From the NCBI GenBank assembly GCA_038746285.1, contig JBCDKT010000013.1, positions 13,126 through 77,125 on the forward strand: a stretch of 64,000 nt of DNA. The letters run 5' to 3'. The stretch comes from Bacteroidota bacterium (lineage in GTDB: Bacteria > Bacteroidota > Rhodothermia > Rhodothermales > JANQRZ01). Below the pieces are notes generated by a model, which was not told the origin of the DNA, searched no databases, and saw only the letters and a program-made list of their open reading frames with translations. This document shows, one piece after another, positions 27,651 to 37,554 of this stretch. Positions within the stretch are counted from its first letter, which is position 1, and each line of letters opens with the position of its first letter. A program made the translations under genes and the position numbers.

Positions 27651-28370
27651 ATGCGCTACGCCCCCCTTCTCTCGCTCGCCCTCTTCATCGGCTGCGCGGA
27701 CGCGCCGGACACGCCCGCGCCCGACTCTGGAACTGACATAGCGGCCACTGTGCCGGACGATCTCTCCGCCCTCGGCAGCGCGTCGGTCGAGAGCCTGCTC
27801 GCCGACGACCCGATCCACGTTCACCGCGTGACCCTCGCCCCGGGCGATTCGCTCCCGCCGCACGAGGGCGGCGAGCGCGTGGTCTACGCCCTCGGCGACC
27901 TCCCGGCTCTCGTCTTCGCCACCGGCGGCGAGCGCGAGGCCCGGTCGTTCACCGCCGGCGAGGTCCACCGCCACGACGCGGGCGTTCACTCGGTCGCGAA
28001 CGAGAGCGAGGCCCCGGGCGCGTTCGTCGTCTTCGAGCGGCGCGGCGCACTTCCCGAAGCCGAGGCTGAGGGCGACACCGAGCTACCCGACGTGGGCGAG
28101 GGCGTCACGGACGAAATCCTCTTCGACGACGACTTCGCCGAAGTCCACCGCGTCACCCTCCAGCCGGGGGCCTCGCTCCCGCCGCACCAGGGCTTCGCCC
28201 GCGCCGTCTACGCGCTCAGCGGCTACACCGTCGAGTTCACGGGCCCGGACGGGACGCGCGAGCAGCGGTTCGAGGCTGGCGAGGCCCACACCCACGGTCC
28301 CGGCGACCACACCGTCGAGAACGCAGGGGACACGGTCGCCGAGTTTCTCGTGGTCGAGTTCAAGCGGTGA
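27651..28370 (+). CDS. Lipoprotein with two cupin-like domains
   Basis: Start ATG 27651; LFIGC lipobox; repeated HRVTL.PG.SLPPH.G..R.VYAL and H.H..G.H.V.N halves. Confidence 0.7.
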   Translation: MRYAPLLSLALFIGCADAPDTPAPDSGTDIAATVPDDLSALGSASVESLLADDPIHVHRVTLAPGDSLPPHEGGERVVYALGDLPALVFATGGEREARSFTAGEVHRHDAGVHSVANESEAPGAFVVFERRGALPEAEAEGDTELPDVGEGVTDEILFDDDFAEVHRVTLQPGASLPPHQGFARAVYALSGYTVEFTGPDGTREQRFEAGEAHTHGPGDHTVENAGDTVAEFLVVEFKR

Positions 28371-28374
28371 GCCC

Positions 28375-28839
28375 ATGAGCCTCCGCCCGGACCAGATCCC
28401 CTGGCGCTGGCTCCTCGCCGCCGGCGCGGCGCTCGCGCTGCTGACGTGGAGCCCTGTGCGCGAGCACGCGCTGCCGCCGGACACGCCGTGGCACCTGCTG
28501 ATGCAGGCTGAGGGCCTGGACGGCCCGTCGCCGGTACTGCCTGACACGCTGCGCCGGCTCGACGCTCAGCCGATCCGGCTCACGGGATTCATGTACCCGC
28601 TGGAGCAGCGCCGGGACCACCGCCGGTTCCTGCTCTCCCCCCACCCCGCCGGCTGCGCCTTTCACGTCCCGAGCGGCGCGCCGGGCAGCCCGGCCTCGAC
28701 GGTCGAGGTGTTCGCCGATGAGCCCGTCCGGTTCACGTACGACCCCGTCGCCGTCCGGGGCACCTTCGCGCTGGCTGCCGGGGCCTCGGGCGGCGTGCGC
28801 TACCAGCTCCTCGGTGCCCGCCTGGAGGACCCGCCATGA
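28375..28839 (+). CDS. Second DUF3299-like protein
   Basis: LDAQPIRLTGFMYPL, GCAFH, FTYDPVAVRGTF parallel the 16058 protein. Confidence 0.7.
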   Translation: MSLRPDQIPWRWLLAAGAALALLTWSPVREHALPPDTPWHLLMQAEGLDGPSPVLPDTLRRLDAQPIRLTGFMYPLEQRRDHRRFLLSPHPAGCAFHVPSGAPGSPASTVEVFADEPVRFTYDPVAVRGTFALAAGASGGVRYQLLGARLEDPP

Positions 28840-31067
28840 CCCGGCTCGGCCCCGCGGCGCTGCTCGCGCTCGCGCTCTCCATTCCGGGCGCTGCGCAGAC
28901 CGCGCGCCCCGCTGAGGACGAGCGCCCTACCGCCCGTGCGGTTCGGGTGGCCGACGGGTCCATCCGTCTCGACGGCCGGCTCGACGAGCCGGCCTGGGCG
29001 AGCGTTCCGGTCGCAGGCCGGTTCCGCCAGGTGGAACCCGACGCCGGCGCGGCGGCCGGCCTCGCCACCGAGGTCCGCGTTGCCTTCGACGGCCGAGCGC
29101 TCTACCTCGGAGCCGTCCTGCGCGACACGGTGGGCACGCGAGACCTCCGCGTCCGCGACCTCCGCCGCGACTTCGACTACTTCGACAACGACCACTTCTC
29201 GGTCGTGCTCGACCCGTTCGGCGACCGCCGCAACGCGGTCGTCTTTGAGGTCTCCCCCTACGGCGCGCTCCGCGACCTCCAGGCCCGTGACGGCGTGGAC
29301 CAGAACCTCGACTGGGACGGCGTCTGGAATGCCCGCACCACCCGCACCGGCGCGGGCTGGGTGGCGGAGATCGAGATTCCGTGGGCGACCCTGCGCTACC
29401 CCGGCGCGGCCGGCGCGCAGGCGTGGGGGCTTCAGCTCTCGCGCAACCTCCGCCGGAGCCGCGAACTCCACGCGTGGAGCCCGTGGCCCCGCCAGTTCAC
29501 CCCGTACCACCTCGCCTACGCGGGGACCCTCACCGGCGTCGAGCCGCCGCCGCCCGGCCGCAACCTCCGCGTCCAGCCCTACGTGCTCGGCGAGACGGAC
29601 CGAGCCGGCGACGACCCGCTCTTGGACGACGCGGGCGCACAGCTCGGCGGCGACCTCAAGTGGGCCGTGACGCCGCAGACCGTCCTCGACCTCACCGTCA
29701 ACACCGACTTCGCCCAGGCCGACGCCGACCAGCAGGTCGTGAACCTCTCGCGGTTCTCCGTCTTCTTTCCCGAGCGCCGGGCGTTCTTTCTCGAAAGCGC
29801 GGACGTGTTCGACGTCGGGTACAGCCTCTTCACCCCGTTCTACTCCCGCCGGATCGGGCTCGACGCCGGGCGTCCGGTCGGGATTGACGGCGGCGCGCGG
29901 CTCGTGTCGAGCGGGTCGTGGGGGCAGGCCGGCGCGCTCGGGGTCCGCCAGCGCTCCGCCGAAGGGATTCCGGCGGCGTGGTTCGGCGTCGGGCGCGCGA
30001 GCCTGAACGTCGGGGCCGAGAACCGGGTCGGCGGGATGCTCGTGACGCGGCATGACGAGGCGCTCGGCGAGGGGCCGGCGTTCTAGGGCGTGCCGGGCCG
30101 GACCAACACCGTCGCCGCGCTCGACGGCTACGCCCGGATCGGCCGGACGGCCGCGGTGACCGGGTTTGTCTCGGCCTCGGCGACGAGCGGGGACGGGGGC
30201 GAAGGGTTTGCCCACTACCTCTGGGCGCGCAACGAGGCGAGCTGGGGCTACGTCGGGTTCATCCAGGACCTCGCAACGGCCGACTACGAGGCGGCGACGG
30301 GGTTCATCTTCCGCCGCGACATCCTGCTCAACAGCCCCGCCGTCACGCTCGACCTCAGGCCCGGCTGGCTCCCGGCCTCGGTCCGCGCGCTCGCCCCGTC
30401 GGTCTCTTCGTTCGTCTACCACCGTCCGAGCGACGGTGCCTTCCTCCAGGCCGACCTCCGCGTGACGCCGATCTCCGTCGCCTTCCAGAGCGGGGCACGG
30501 GCGACCGCTTCGGTGCGCCCCTCCTGGCAGGAGCTCGACGCCGGGGAGGCCGCTTTCTTCCGACCCCTCGGGGCCGAACTGGCAGCCGGGTCCTACCGGT
30601 ACGTCCAGTTCAGCGGGGCCCTCTCGTCGGACCCTTCGCGCCGCCTCACCGGGTCGGTTTCGGCCTCGACCGGCGGCTACTTCGACGGCCGCCTCACGAC
30701 CGTGGAGGCTGCGGCGAGCGCGGCTCCGTCGCCGCGCCTCACCCTCGCCCTGCGCTACGAACTCAACGACGGGCGCGGCTTGGGCGTGGACGGCCTCGAC
30801 GTCCAGAGCCACCTCGTCGGGGCCGACGTTCGCGTGGCGCTCTCGCCGCGGCTTCAGGCGACGGCGTTCTGGCAGTACAACTCGCTCGCGGACCTCGCCT
30901 CGCTCAACGCGAGGGTGTCGTGGGAGTTCGCCCCACTGTCGTTCGTCTACCTCGTCGTGAACGACGCGCGGTTCTACGTCCCGACGGCCGAGCGCATGGC
31001 GCAGCCGGACGCGTACCGGTCGGAGCAGCAGGGCGTGTTCAAGGTGAGCTACCTCCGCCAGCTATAG
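28836..31067 (+). pseudogene. CBM9-like/DUF5916 outer-membrane protein interrupted by an in-frame TAG at 30084-30086
   Basis: Track ORFs 28836..30086 and 30090..31067 are in the same frame, separated only by TAG GGC; LDGRLDEPAW, NTDFAQADAD, FFPERRAFFLE, FYSRRIG motifs; C-terminal KVSYL. Confidence 0.75.
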
Positions 31068-31201
31068 CGGCAACCCGACGCGAGCCTGGGACGGCGAGCC
31101 TGGGGGTGGCCTGGCGGCGCTGTGCGCGCCGCGTAGGTGCCGCCGCGGGCTGTTCGTCTACGCAGTTATACCACCTCTGAGGATTGTTGCCTCACTCTCA
31201 T

Positions 31202-31285
31202 GTCATGCCCGCGCAGGCGGGCATCCATCAGGCGGCGGCGCTTCACGTAGGGGGGTGCATGGGTCCCCGCCTGCGCGGGGACGAC
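31202..31285. repeat. REP doublet (REPIN-like inverted pair)
   Basis: gtcatgcccgcgcaggcgggcatcca (31202-27) and tgggtccccgcctgcgcggggacgac (31260-85); each is internally palindromic and the two are inverted. Confidence 0.85.
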
Positions 31286-31401
31286 CTCGTGTAGGTGAGA
31301 CACTATCCTGAAGAACTGGTATTAGTCACTGCATGGTAGAAGCGTGTATCCGGTCTGGACGCAGCGCTTACCGCTCTCTTCTCACCTGTTCCCATCCTGT
31401 C

Positions 31402-34400
31402 ATGAGTCCACGTCTACGCACTTCCTTCGTGCACCTCTGTGCGCTTTTCTCCTTCCTGGCCCTTCTCCCCAGCGCTGCGGCCCAGCTTGTCGCCAGTCCC
31501 GCCTCGGTCGAACGCACCGTCGAGGCGGGCGAGACGGCGACCGCCTCGCTCACGCTAACCAACACCGGCTCCGACGAGGCCAGCTTCTTCGTCCGCATCA
31601 CCGAGCCACCGCCGCCGAGGCCTGCGGGTTTCGTCCAGCCCCGAACGGGGACGGCCCTGCGCCTCGCCCCACCCGCGACGCGTGAGGCCGTCCGTTCGCC
31701 GATCCGCCTGGGCGCGGCTCGTGGGGCGCTCCCGGGCGGCACCGCGCCGGACGCCCTCCGTGGGGTCGCGACGGACTCGATCTTCTACGACAACGGCGAC
31801 AGCGTTCCCGACAACTTTCTCGGCACCGGCGAGCAGAATACGGTTCTCTTCGTCGCTCAGCGCTTCAGCCCGACGGGCGCGTTCACCCTCGACGGCCTCC
31901 GCGCGTACCTCACCACCAGCACGTTCGACTACGTCGATTCGGGCGCGACGGACCTCTCGGTGTCGGTCGAGATCTACGACGCGCCCGACCCGGACGAGCC
32001 GCGCGCGGGCATGCTGCTTGGGTCTACGGAGACCGGCTTCCAGGCCGGCTTCGAAGGGTTCGCTGAGATCCCGCTCGACGGCAGCCTGACCTTCGGCGCA
32101 GGCGAGGACTTCTTCGTCGTTCTCGAAGTCGTCGGACCGCCCTTTCCCGCCGGCTTCGACGCGGAGGGCAGCGACGACGCTGCGGGACGCGCCTTCGCCA
32201 GCGTCACCGGCGACCCCGACTCTTGGGTCGGTATCGGCGACCTCACGGGCCACGGAGCCGCTCCGTTCCTGATCCGCGCGCTCAGCGGCACGGGCACGAG
32301 CGGCGGCTTCCTGACAGTGACCCCCGCCTCGGGCACGCTCGCCCCGGCTGCCGACACCGCCCTCGCGCTCGACCTCGACGCCGCGCGGCTCTTCGCCGGC
32401 ACGTACCAGCGCAACGTCGAGATCGTGGACGTCGCCACGGGCACGTTCTTCACCGTGCCGGTCACCCTCACGGTCACCGGTGAGGGCATCGTCGCCCTGA
32501 GCCAGGAGACCGTGGACATCGGCGAGGTATTCGTGGGCAGCGCGGGCGGCGTGACGATCACGGTCATCAACGGGGGAACGGCCCCGCTCACCATCACCGG
32601 CTCGCGCAGCACCGACCCGGAGCTTGAAGCGTTTGGGCTGCCGGTGGGCACGGTCCTCACGCCCGGCTCGGAAGTCCCGTTCGCCGTCCGCTTCGCTCCG
32701 AGCGCGCCCGGCCCGTTCACGGGCACGCTGACGGTCCTCGCCGATGTCGGTGAGGCCAGCGTGGCCGTGACGGCTACGGCCGTGGCCGCGCCCGTGGCCA
32801 GTGTGCGGCCGGACTCGCTCGCGGCGACGCTGCTGCCGGGGGACGCTGCATCGCTCCCGGTCACGATTGCCAACGCGGGCGACGGCGTGCTGTCGTACGG
32901 CGTCCTCATAGAGAACAGCGACGGGTTCCCGGGAGGGGACGACAGCGTGCTGGACTCCCTTTTCTACGACGACGGCAGCGCGCTCCCGGACAACCTCTTG
33001 GGCACGGGCGAGGTCGGCGCACCCTTCTTTCTCGCGCAGCGCTTCTCCACCGACCGCGCGTTCGCGCTCAACGCCGTCCGCGTCTTCGCCTCGACGATCC
33101 CGTTCGACCATCACGGAGAAGATCCCCCGCCGGACTCGACCTTCGACCCGCTCACGCTCTCGGTCGACATCTACGAAGTCGCAGACCCGAACGAGCCCAC
33201 AGCGGGCGTACGGCTCGCTACCGCCACCACGGTCATCGACGAGATCTCGGACGACTTTGTCGCCGTGCCGCTCGGAGCTGCCGTCGAACTCGCAGCGGGG
33301 TCCGATGTCTTCATCGTCGTGGGCTACGCGGGCGTCAGCTTCCCGGCGGGCATCGACTCCTTCGGGACCGGCGATTTCGAAGGGCGTGCGTTCTTGAGCA
33401 TCACCGGCGAGACGGGTGACTGGGGTCCGTTCCCCGACTACACCGGCGTGGGCACCCCCTCCGTACCCCTGATCCGCGCCCTCAGCCTGGACACCTCCGG
33501 GATCGTCGTCAGCGTGGACGCGCCCAACGGTCAGGTCGAGCCCGGCACCGAGACCGAGATTGCCGTCACGGTAGACGCGAGCACCGCCGAACCGGGCCTC
33601 TTCACGCGCACGCTCGTGGTCGTCACGAACGACCAGCAGCGGCCGCGCTTCGAGGTCCCCCTCGCGATCGTGGTCGAAGGCTCGGGCATGATGGCGCTTG
33701 CCGAAGGGTGGAACCTCGTCTCGTGGAACGTCGACCTGCCGGACCCCGCGCTCGAAGCCGTGTTGGCTGCGGTCTGGGAAGACGTAGAGGCCGTGCGCAT
33801 GCTCGGGAGCGAGGGCTGGACGAGCTACGACGCGGCGGACCTCTCGGGGGCGGGCCTCAGCCTCCGGCCCGGCGAGGCGATCTGGGTGAAGATGCGCACC
33901 GGCCACCTGCTTCCGATGGAGGGCGAGCCGGTGCCAGTGAACGGGCTCGACCTCGACGCCGGTCTGAGCGCGGTCGCCTACCTCCCCGGCTTCGTCGACC
34001 TCGCCGACCACGCGTTTTCGAGCATCGCAGGCGCATCGGAGAGCGTCCAGAGCTTCCACAGCACCGGCGTGGCCTACGCCCCCGGCGTGCCCGCTGCGTT
34101 CCAGACGCTCGGCACCGTGCGGCCCGGCATGGGCTATCTCGCCCACACCTCCGCCCCCGTCCGGCTCGACTACCCGCTGGTGGCAGCCACGCACCCCTTC
34201 GAGGGCGTTCCGATGGGTGCCCTCGTGGCGGCTGAGCGCGAGGCGGGCGTGACGCCGTCGCCCGCGTGGATGAGCGTCTGGGGACAGGGCCTCGCCGGGC
34301 TCGCCGCCGGCACCCTCGTCACCGCCGTCGACCCCGACGGCGTCGTCAGCGGGGCGTTCACGGTCCAGACCGACGGCGCGATCGGGCTCATGGCGCTCTA

Positions 34401-34830
34401 CGGCGACGACCCGGCGACCGAAGCCGACGAAGGGGCGCGCCCCGGCGACACGGTCGCGCTGCGCACCGAGGCGGGCGAGTTGGCCCGCGTCGTGTGGACC
34501 GAAGCGGGTGCCGTCCTCGACGTGTCGGGCCAGGCCGTGTCGAACGAGTCGGAGGCGGGCCTGCCCGCCACGTTCGCGCTGCGGAGCACCTACCCCAACC
34601 CCTTCGCCGGGCGGACCTCCGTGGCGTTCGACCTCGCCGCCGCTGCCGATGTCTCCCTGGACGTCTACGACGCCACCGGCCGGCGCGTCGCCACGCTCGT
34701 GCGCGGCCCGATGCCTGCCGGTGCCCACGAGGCGACGTGGGAGGCGCGCGGTGCGGCCAGCGGCCTCTACGTGGTCACGCTGCGCGCGGGCGACTTTCTC
34801 GCCACGCGCACGATGGTACTGGTGCGGTAG
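31402..34830 (+). CDS. T9SS-secreted protein with duplicated uncharacterised module, BACON/choice-of-anchor-D Ig domains and CTD
   Basis: Start ATG 31402 (MSPRLRT..LLPSAAAQ); two FYD.G...PDN.LGTGE....F.AQRFS modules; YPNPFAGRTSVAFDL..VYDATGRRVATL tail. Confidence 0.85.
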   Translation: MSPRLRTSFVHLCALFSFLALLPSAAAQLVASPASVERTVEAGETATASLTLTNTGSDEASFFVRITEPPPPRPAGFVQPRTGTALRLAPPATREAVRSPIRLGAARGALPGGTAPDALRGVATDSIFYDNGDSVPDNFLGTGEQNTVLFVAQRFSPTGAFTLDGLRAYLTTSTFDYVDSGATDLSVSVEIYDAPDPDEPRAGMLLGSTETGFQAGFEGFAEIPLDGSLTFGAGEDFFVVLEVVGPPFPAGFDAEGSDDAAGRAFASVTGDPDSWVGIGDLTGHGAAPFLIRALSGTGTSGGFLTVTPASGTLAPAADTALALDLDAARLFAGTYQRNVEIVDVATGTFFTVPVTLTVTGEGIVALSQETVDIGEVFVGSAGGVTITVINGGTAPLTITGSRSTDPELEAFGLPVGTVLTPGSEVPFAVRFAPSAPGPFTGTLTVLADVGEASVAVTATAVAAPVASVRPDSLAATLLPGDAASLPVTIANAGDGVLSYGVLIENSDGFPGGDDSVLDSLFYDDGSALPDNLLGTGEVGAPFFLAQRFSTDRAFALNAVRVFASTIPFDHHGEDPPPDSTFDPLTLSVDIYEVADPNEPTAGVRLATATTVIDEISDDFVAVPLGAAVELAAGSDVFIVVGYAGVSFPAGIDSFGTGDFEGRAFLSITGETGDWGPFPDYTGVGTPSVPLIRALSLDTSGIVVSVDAPNGQVEPGTETEIAVTVDASTAEPGLFTRTLVVVTNDQQRPRFEVPLAIVVEGSGMMALAEGWNLVSWNVDLPDPALEAVLAAVWEDVEAVRMLGSEGWTSYDAADLSGAGLSLRPGEAIWVKMRTGHLLPMEGEPVPVNGLDLDAGLSAVAYLPGFVDLADHAFSSIAGASESVQSFHSTGVAYAPGVPAAFQTLGTVRPGMGYLAHTSAPVRLDYPLVAATHPFEGVPMGALVAAEREAGVTPSPAWMSVWGQGLAGLAAGTLVTAVDPDGVVSGAFTVQTDGAIGLMALYGDDPATEADEGARPGDTVALRTEAGELARVVWTEAGAVLDVSGQAVSNESEAGLPATFALRSTYPNPFAGRTSVAFDLAAAADVSLDVYDATGRRVATLVRGPMPAGAHEATWEARGAASGLYVVTLRAGDFLATRTMVLVR

Positions 34831-34844
34831 CAAGAGGACGTACG

Positions 34845-34889
34845 AAAAAACGACGCCCCGGACGCTTCGATCTGCGTCCGGGGCGTCGT
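34845..34889 (-). terminator. Rho-independent terminator between convergent genes
   Basis: 16-bp perfect stem acgacgccccggacgc / gcgtccggggcgtcgt with an A6 tract on the left (U tract on minus). Confidence 0.85.
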
Positions 34890-35024
34890 GCCGAGAGGCC
34901 GCCGTCGAGGCCTGTGACCGGCTCTGGCCAAGCGCTGCGGCGGTCGGCCTCGCTCGGCCTCGGCTTCGCGCTCCTTCCCCAAGCAGTTTCTCAGCCTCTG
35001 CACCTCGCCACGATGCGGTGCGCG

Positions 35025-37370
35025 TCAGTCGGCGCGGCTGCCAGGGTACAGCCCTCGGTAGACCGCGCGGTTGCGCGTCAGCTTTTTCACGTAGTCGCGC
35101 GTCTCGGAAAATGGAATGCGCTCGGTGAACAGTTCGGCGTCGGCCTCGAACTCGGGGAACGTCTTCCACTGATCGACCTGGTGCGGCCCGGCGTTGTAGG
35201 CGGCAAAGACGGCGGGGAGCGACCCGTCGTAGTCGCGCAGCCCTTCGGCGAGGTAGTCCGTGCCGAGGAAGGCGGCGACTTCGGGCTGGTAGAGGTCGTC
35301 GGCGTTCCAGTCCTCGATGCCTGCGGACCGGGCGAGGGCGGCCCCGGTGGCGGGCATGATCTGCATCAGCCCGCGCGCGCCGACGTGCGAGGTGATGCGT
35401 GCCTCGAACATGCTCTCCTGCCGCACGAGCGCGGCAGCGATGTCGCTCTCGAACCCGCGAGCGGCGGCCTCGGCGCGGAGGATGTCGCGGTAGGGGTAGG
35501 GATAGAGGATGCGGAGGCGGCGCTCGTTCGTCCCGCCGCCCAGCCCGAGCCCGATGCGGATCGCGCGCTGCGCATAGCCGCGCTCAATGAGTGCCTCGGC
35601 GAGGGCGTAGCGGACGGCGCGGCGGCCTCCGCGCTCCGCGAGGCGGTCGGCTTCGGCGGAGGCCGCGTCGTAGAAGCCAGCCTCCCGGAGGCGGTCGACG
35701 GGAGCCATCCAGCCGGCGACGGTGCGCCCGGCGGCTTCGTCGCGCGGGGGCGCGGCGGACATCGGGAGCGGCCAGAACGGTTCGCCGAGGCGCTCGCTCG
35801 CAAGGAGCGCGTAGTACGAGTCGCGGGCGCGGCGGCGGACCTCGCGGAAGAGGCGGTCGGCGGCGGCCTCGTCGCCCCTCTCAGCCCGCGCGCGGCCCGC
35901 CCAGTAGACCGATTGCAGCGCGAACTCGCCCGTCGGCGACTGCGCGCGGTAGCGGTCCCAGAGCGCGCCGGCCTCGTCGTAATCGCCGTCGAGAAAGGCC
36001 ACGCCCGCGAGCCGCATCGTCGCCAGTCCAGCCCAGCGGGTGCCGGGGTAGTCGGCGACGACCTCGCGGTAAAGCGGGCGCGCGGCGTCGGCATCGCCCC
36101 CCTGCTGATGGGCGTCGGCGGCAAAATAGAGTGCGGCGGCCCCGTCGTCCGTCCCGCGCTGCTCACCGGCGAGGCGGCGGTAGACCGCGGCGGCCTCCTC
36201 CGTGTTTCCCGCGCGGCTGAGTGCGCTCGCGCGGAGGTCGCGCGCGGCCCGGAGGTCGCCGAGCGGTTCGAGCACGGTGAGCGCCTCCTCGTACTGCTGC
36301 CCCTTCACGAGCACGTCGGCAAGCTCGAGGCGCACGTCCCGGCGCTGCGCCTCCGGTCCGGTGCCGCTGCTGAGCCACGCGCGAAAGTCAGCGGCGGCTT
36401 CTGCGTGGAGGCCGAGCCCGGCATAGACGCGTGCCGAGGCCAAGCGGTCGGCAGGCGTCATCGCCCCTTCGCGGAGCAGCGCGGCAGCGGCCTGTCCGTG
36501 CTCGCCCGCCGCGTCGAGCGCAACCGCTCGGCGGAGCGCAGACCGTCCGGCGGCGGCGTCTCCAGCCTCAAGCGCGAGCCGGCCGTCCAGCACCTCGAAC
36601 TCGGCGCGCGTACCGTTTGACTGCGCCCCGGCACGGCCCGACCGGGCGAGCGACCGCGCCCGGCCGAGGTCTCCGGCGGCTCGGGCAGCCTCGACGTGGG
36701 CTCGCCGCGCACGGAGACCGAGTAGCCCGCTCGCGTACTGACGCGCGAGCGCGTCGGCAGCGGCACCCTGTCCGGCGGCGGCGAGCGCTTCGGCCGCCAG
36801 CACGTCCACCCACCTCCCTGCCGGTCCCATGGCCGCCTCCACCTCGCTCAGCACGGCCCGCCCCTGTGCCTCTTGGCCCGCGCGCAAGAGGACAAGACCG
36901 AGCCGGAGCGCAGCCGCCGCGCGCTCGTTGGCGAAGCGAGCCGTGGAATCGGCTGTGAGAAATCGCTCGTACAGATCGGCGGCCTCGGCGGCCTGTTCCT
37001 CCGCGTCGCGGGCGCGTGCGAGCAGGTATAGCCCCAGGCCACCGTCCAGCGAACCGAGCCCTGCAGCGTCGCTGAGCACGTCGCTCACCGCGCCCCAGCG
37101 CCCCCGTCCGCCCTCGGCACGCGCGACGATGAGCCGCTGCGACGGCGTGAGGGCGTCGGCGGTGACCGGTTCGAGCAGCCGCGCGGCACGCCACGGACGC
37201 CCCTCGTCCAGCAGTGCTTCGGCCTGCGCAAACGTGGCTGAGTCGGCCGGAGCCGACGCGGGTATCGGGGCGAGGCGCGGTTCAGCACCCGGCTCGCTGC
37301 TGCACCCGAGCGCGGCGAGAGCAGCGACGAAGAGGAACGAGCAGGCGAGGCCGGGCAGGGCGTAGGGCAC
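35025..37370 (-). CDS. slt: Soluble lytic transglycosylase with TPR repeats (Slt70-like lipoprotein)
   Basis: LAALGC lipobox; VRQES.F, GARGLMQIMPAT, AAYNAGP, ETRDYVK. Confidence 0.92.
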   Translation of the reverse strand: MPYALPGLACSFLFVAALAALGCSSEPGAEPRLAPIPASAPADSATFAQAEALLDEGRPWRAARLLEPVTADALTPSQRLIVARAEGGRGRWGAVSDVLSDAAGLGSLDGGLGLYLLARARDAEEQAAEAADLYERFLTADSTARFANERAAAALRLGLVLLRAGQEAQGRAVLSEVEAAMGPAGRWVDVLAAEALAAAGQGAAADALARQYASGLLGLRARRAHVEAARAAGDLGRARSLARSGRAGAQSNGTRAEFEVLDGRLALEAGDAAAGRSALRRAVALDAAGEHGQAAAALLREGAMTPADRLASARVYAGLGLHAEAAADFRAWLSSGTGPEAQRRDVRLELADVLVKGQQYEEALTVLEPLGDLRAARDLRASALSRAGNTEEAAAVYRRLAGEQRGTDDGAAALYFAADAHQQGGDADAARPLYREVVADYPGTRWAGLATMRLAGVAFLDGDYDEAGALWDRYRAQSPTGEFALQSVYWAGRARAERGDEAAADRLFREVRRRARDSYYALLASERLGEPFWPLPMSAAPPRDEAAGRTVAGWMAPVDRLREAGFYDAASAEADRLAERGGRRAVRYALAEALIERGYAQRAIRIGLGLGGGTNERRLRILYPYPYRDILRAEAAARGFESDIAAALVRQESMFEARITSHVGARGLMQIMPATGAALARSAGIEDWNADDLYQPEVAAFLGTDYLAEGLRDYDGSLPAVFAAYNAGPHQVDQWKTFPEFEADAELFTERIPFSETRDYVKKLTRNRAVYRGLYPGSRAD

Positions 37371-37554
37371 AGGCGGCGTGGCAGGATAGGCAAAGCAGAG
37401 CGGTTCTACGCCGCCCCCCTGCCTGAGTCTCCGAAGGACTCGCGCGGGCCGGCGACTTAGAAATCGCCCGCTAGCCCAGCGATGGCGAGGCTGCGGCAGG
37501 GACGCCGCTCCGCGAGTCCAAGTCGGCCTTCAAGAAGTGGACTGGCCGAGGCGG

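Noticed and set aside
30084-30086. Pyrrolysine or programmed amber recoding
   Set aside because: No pyl genes in the window, and other genes here end in TAG normally (e.g. 2854, 34830, 48758)
34895-35020. GC-rich quasi-palindromic stretch after the terminator (and a similar one at 31070-31140)
   Set aside because: No clear repeat unit or second copy; cannot be distinguished from ordinary high-GC intergenic sequence
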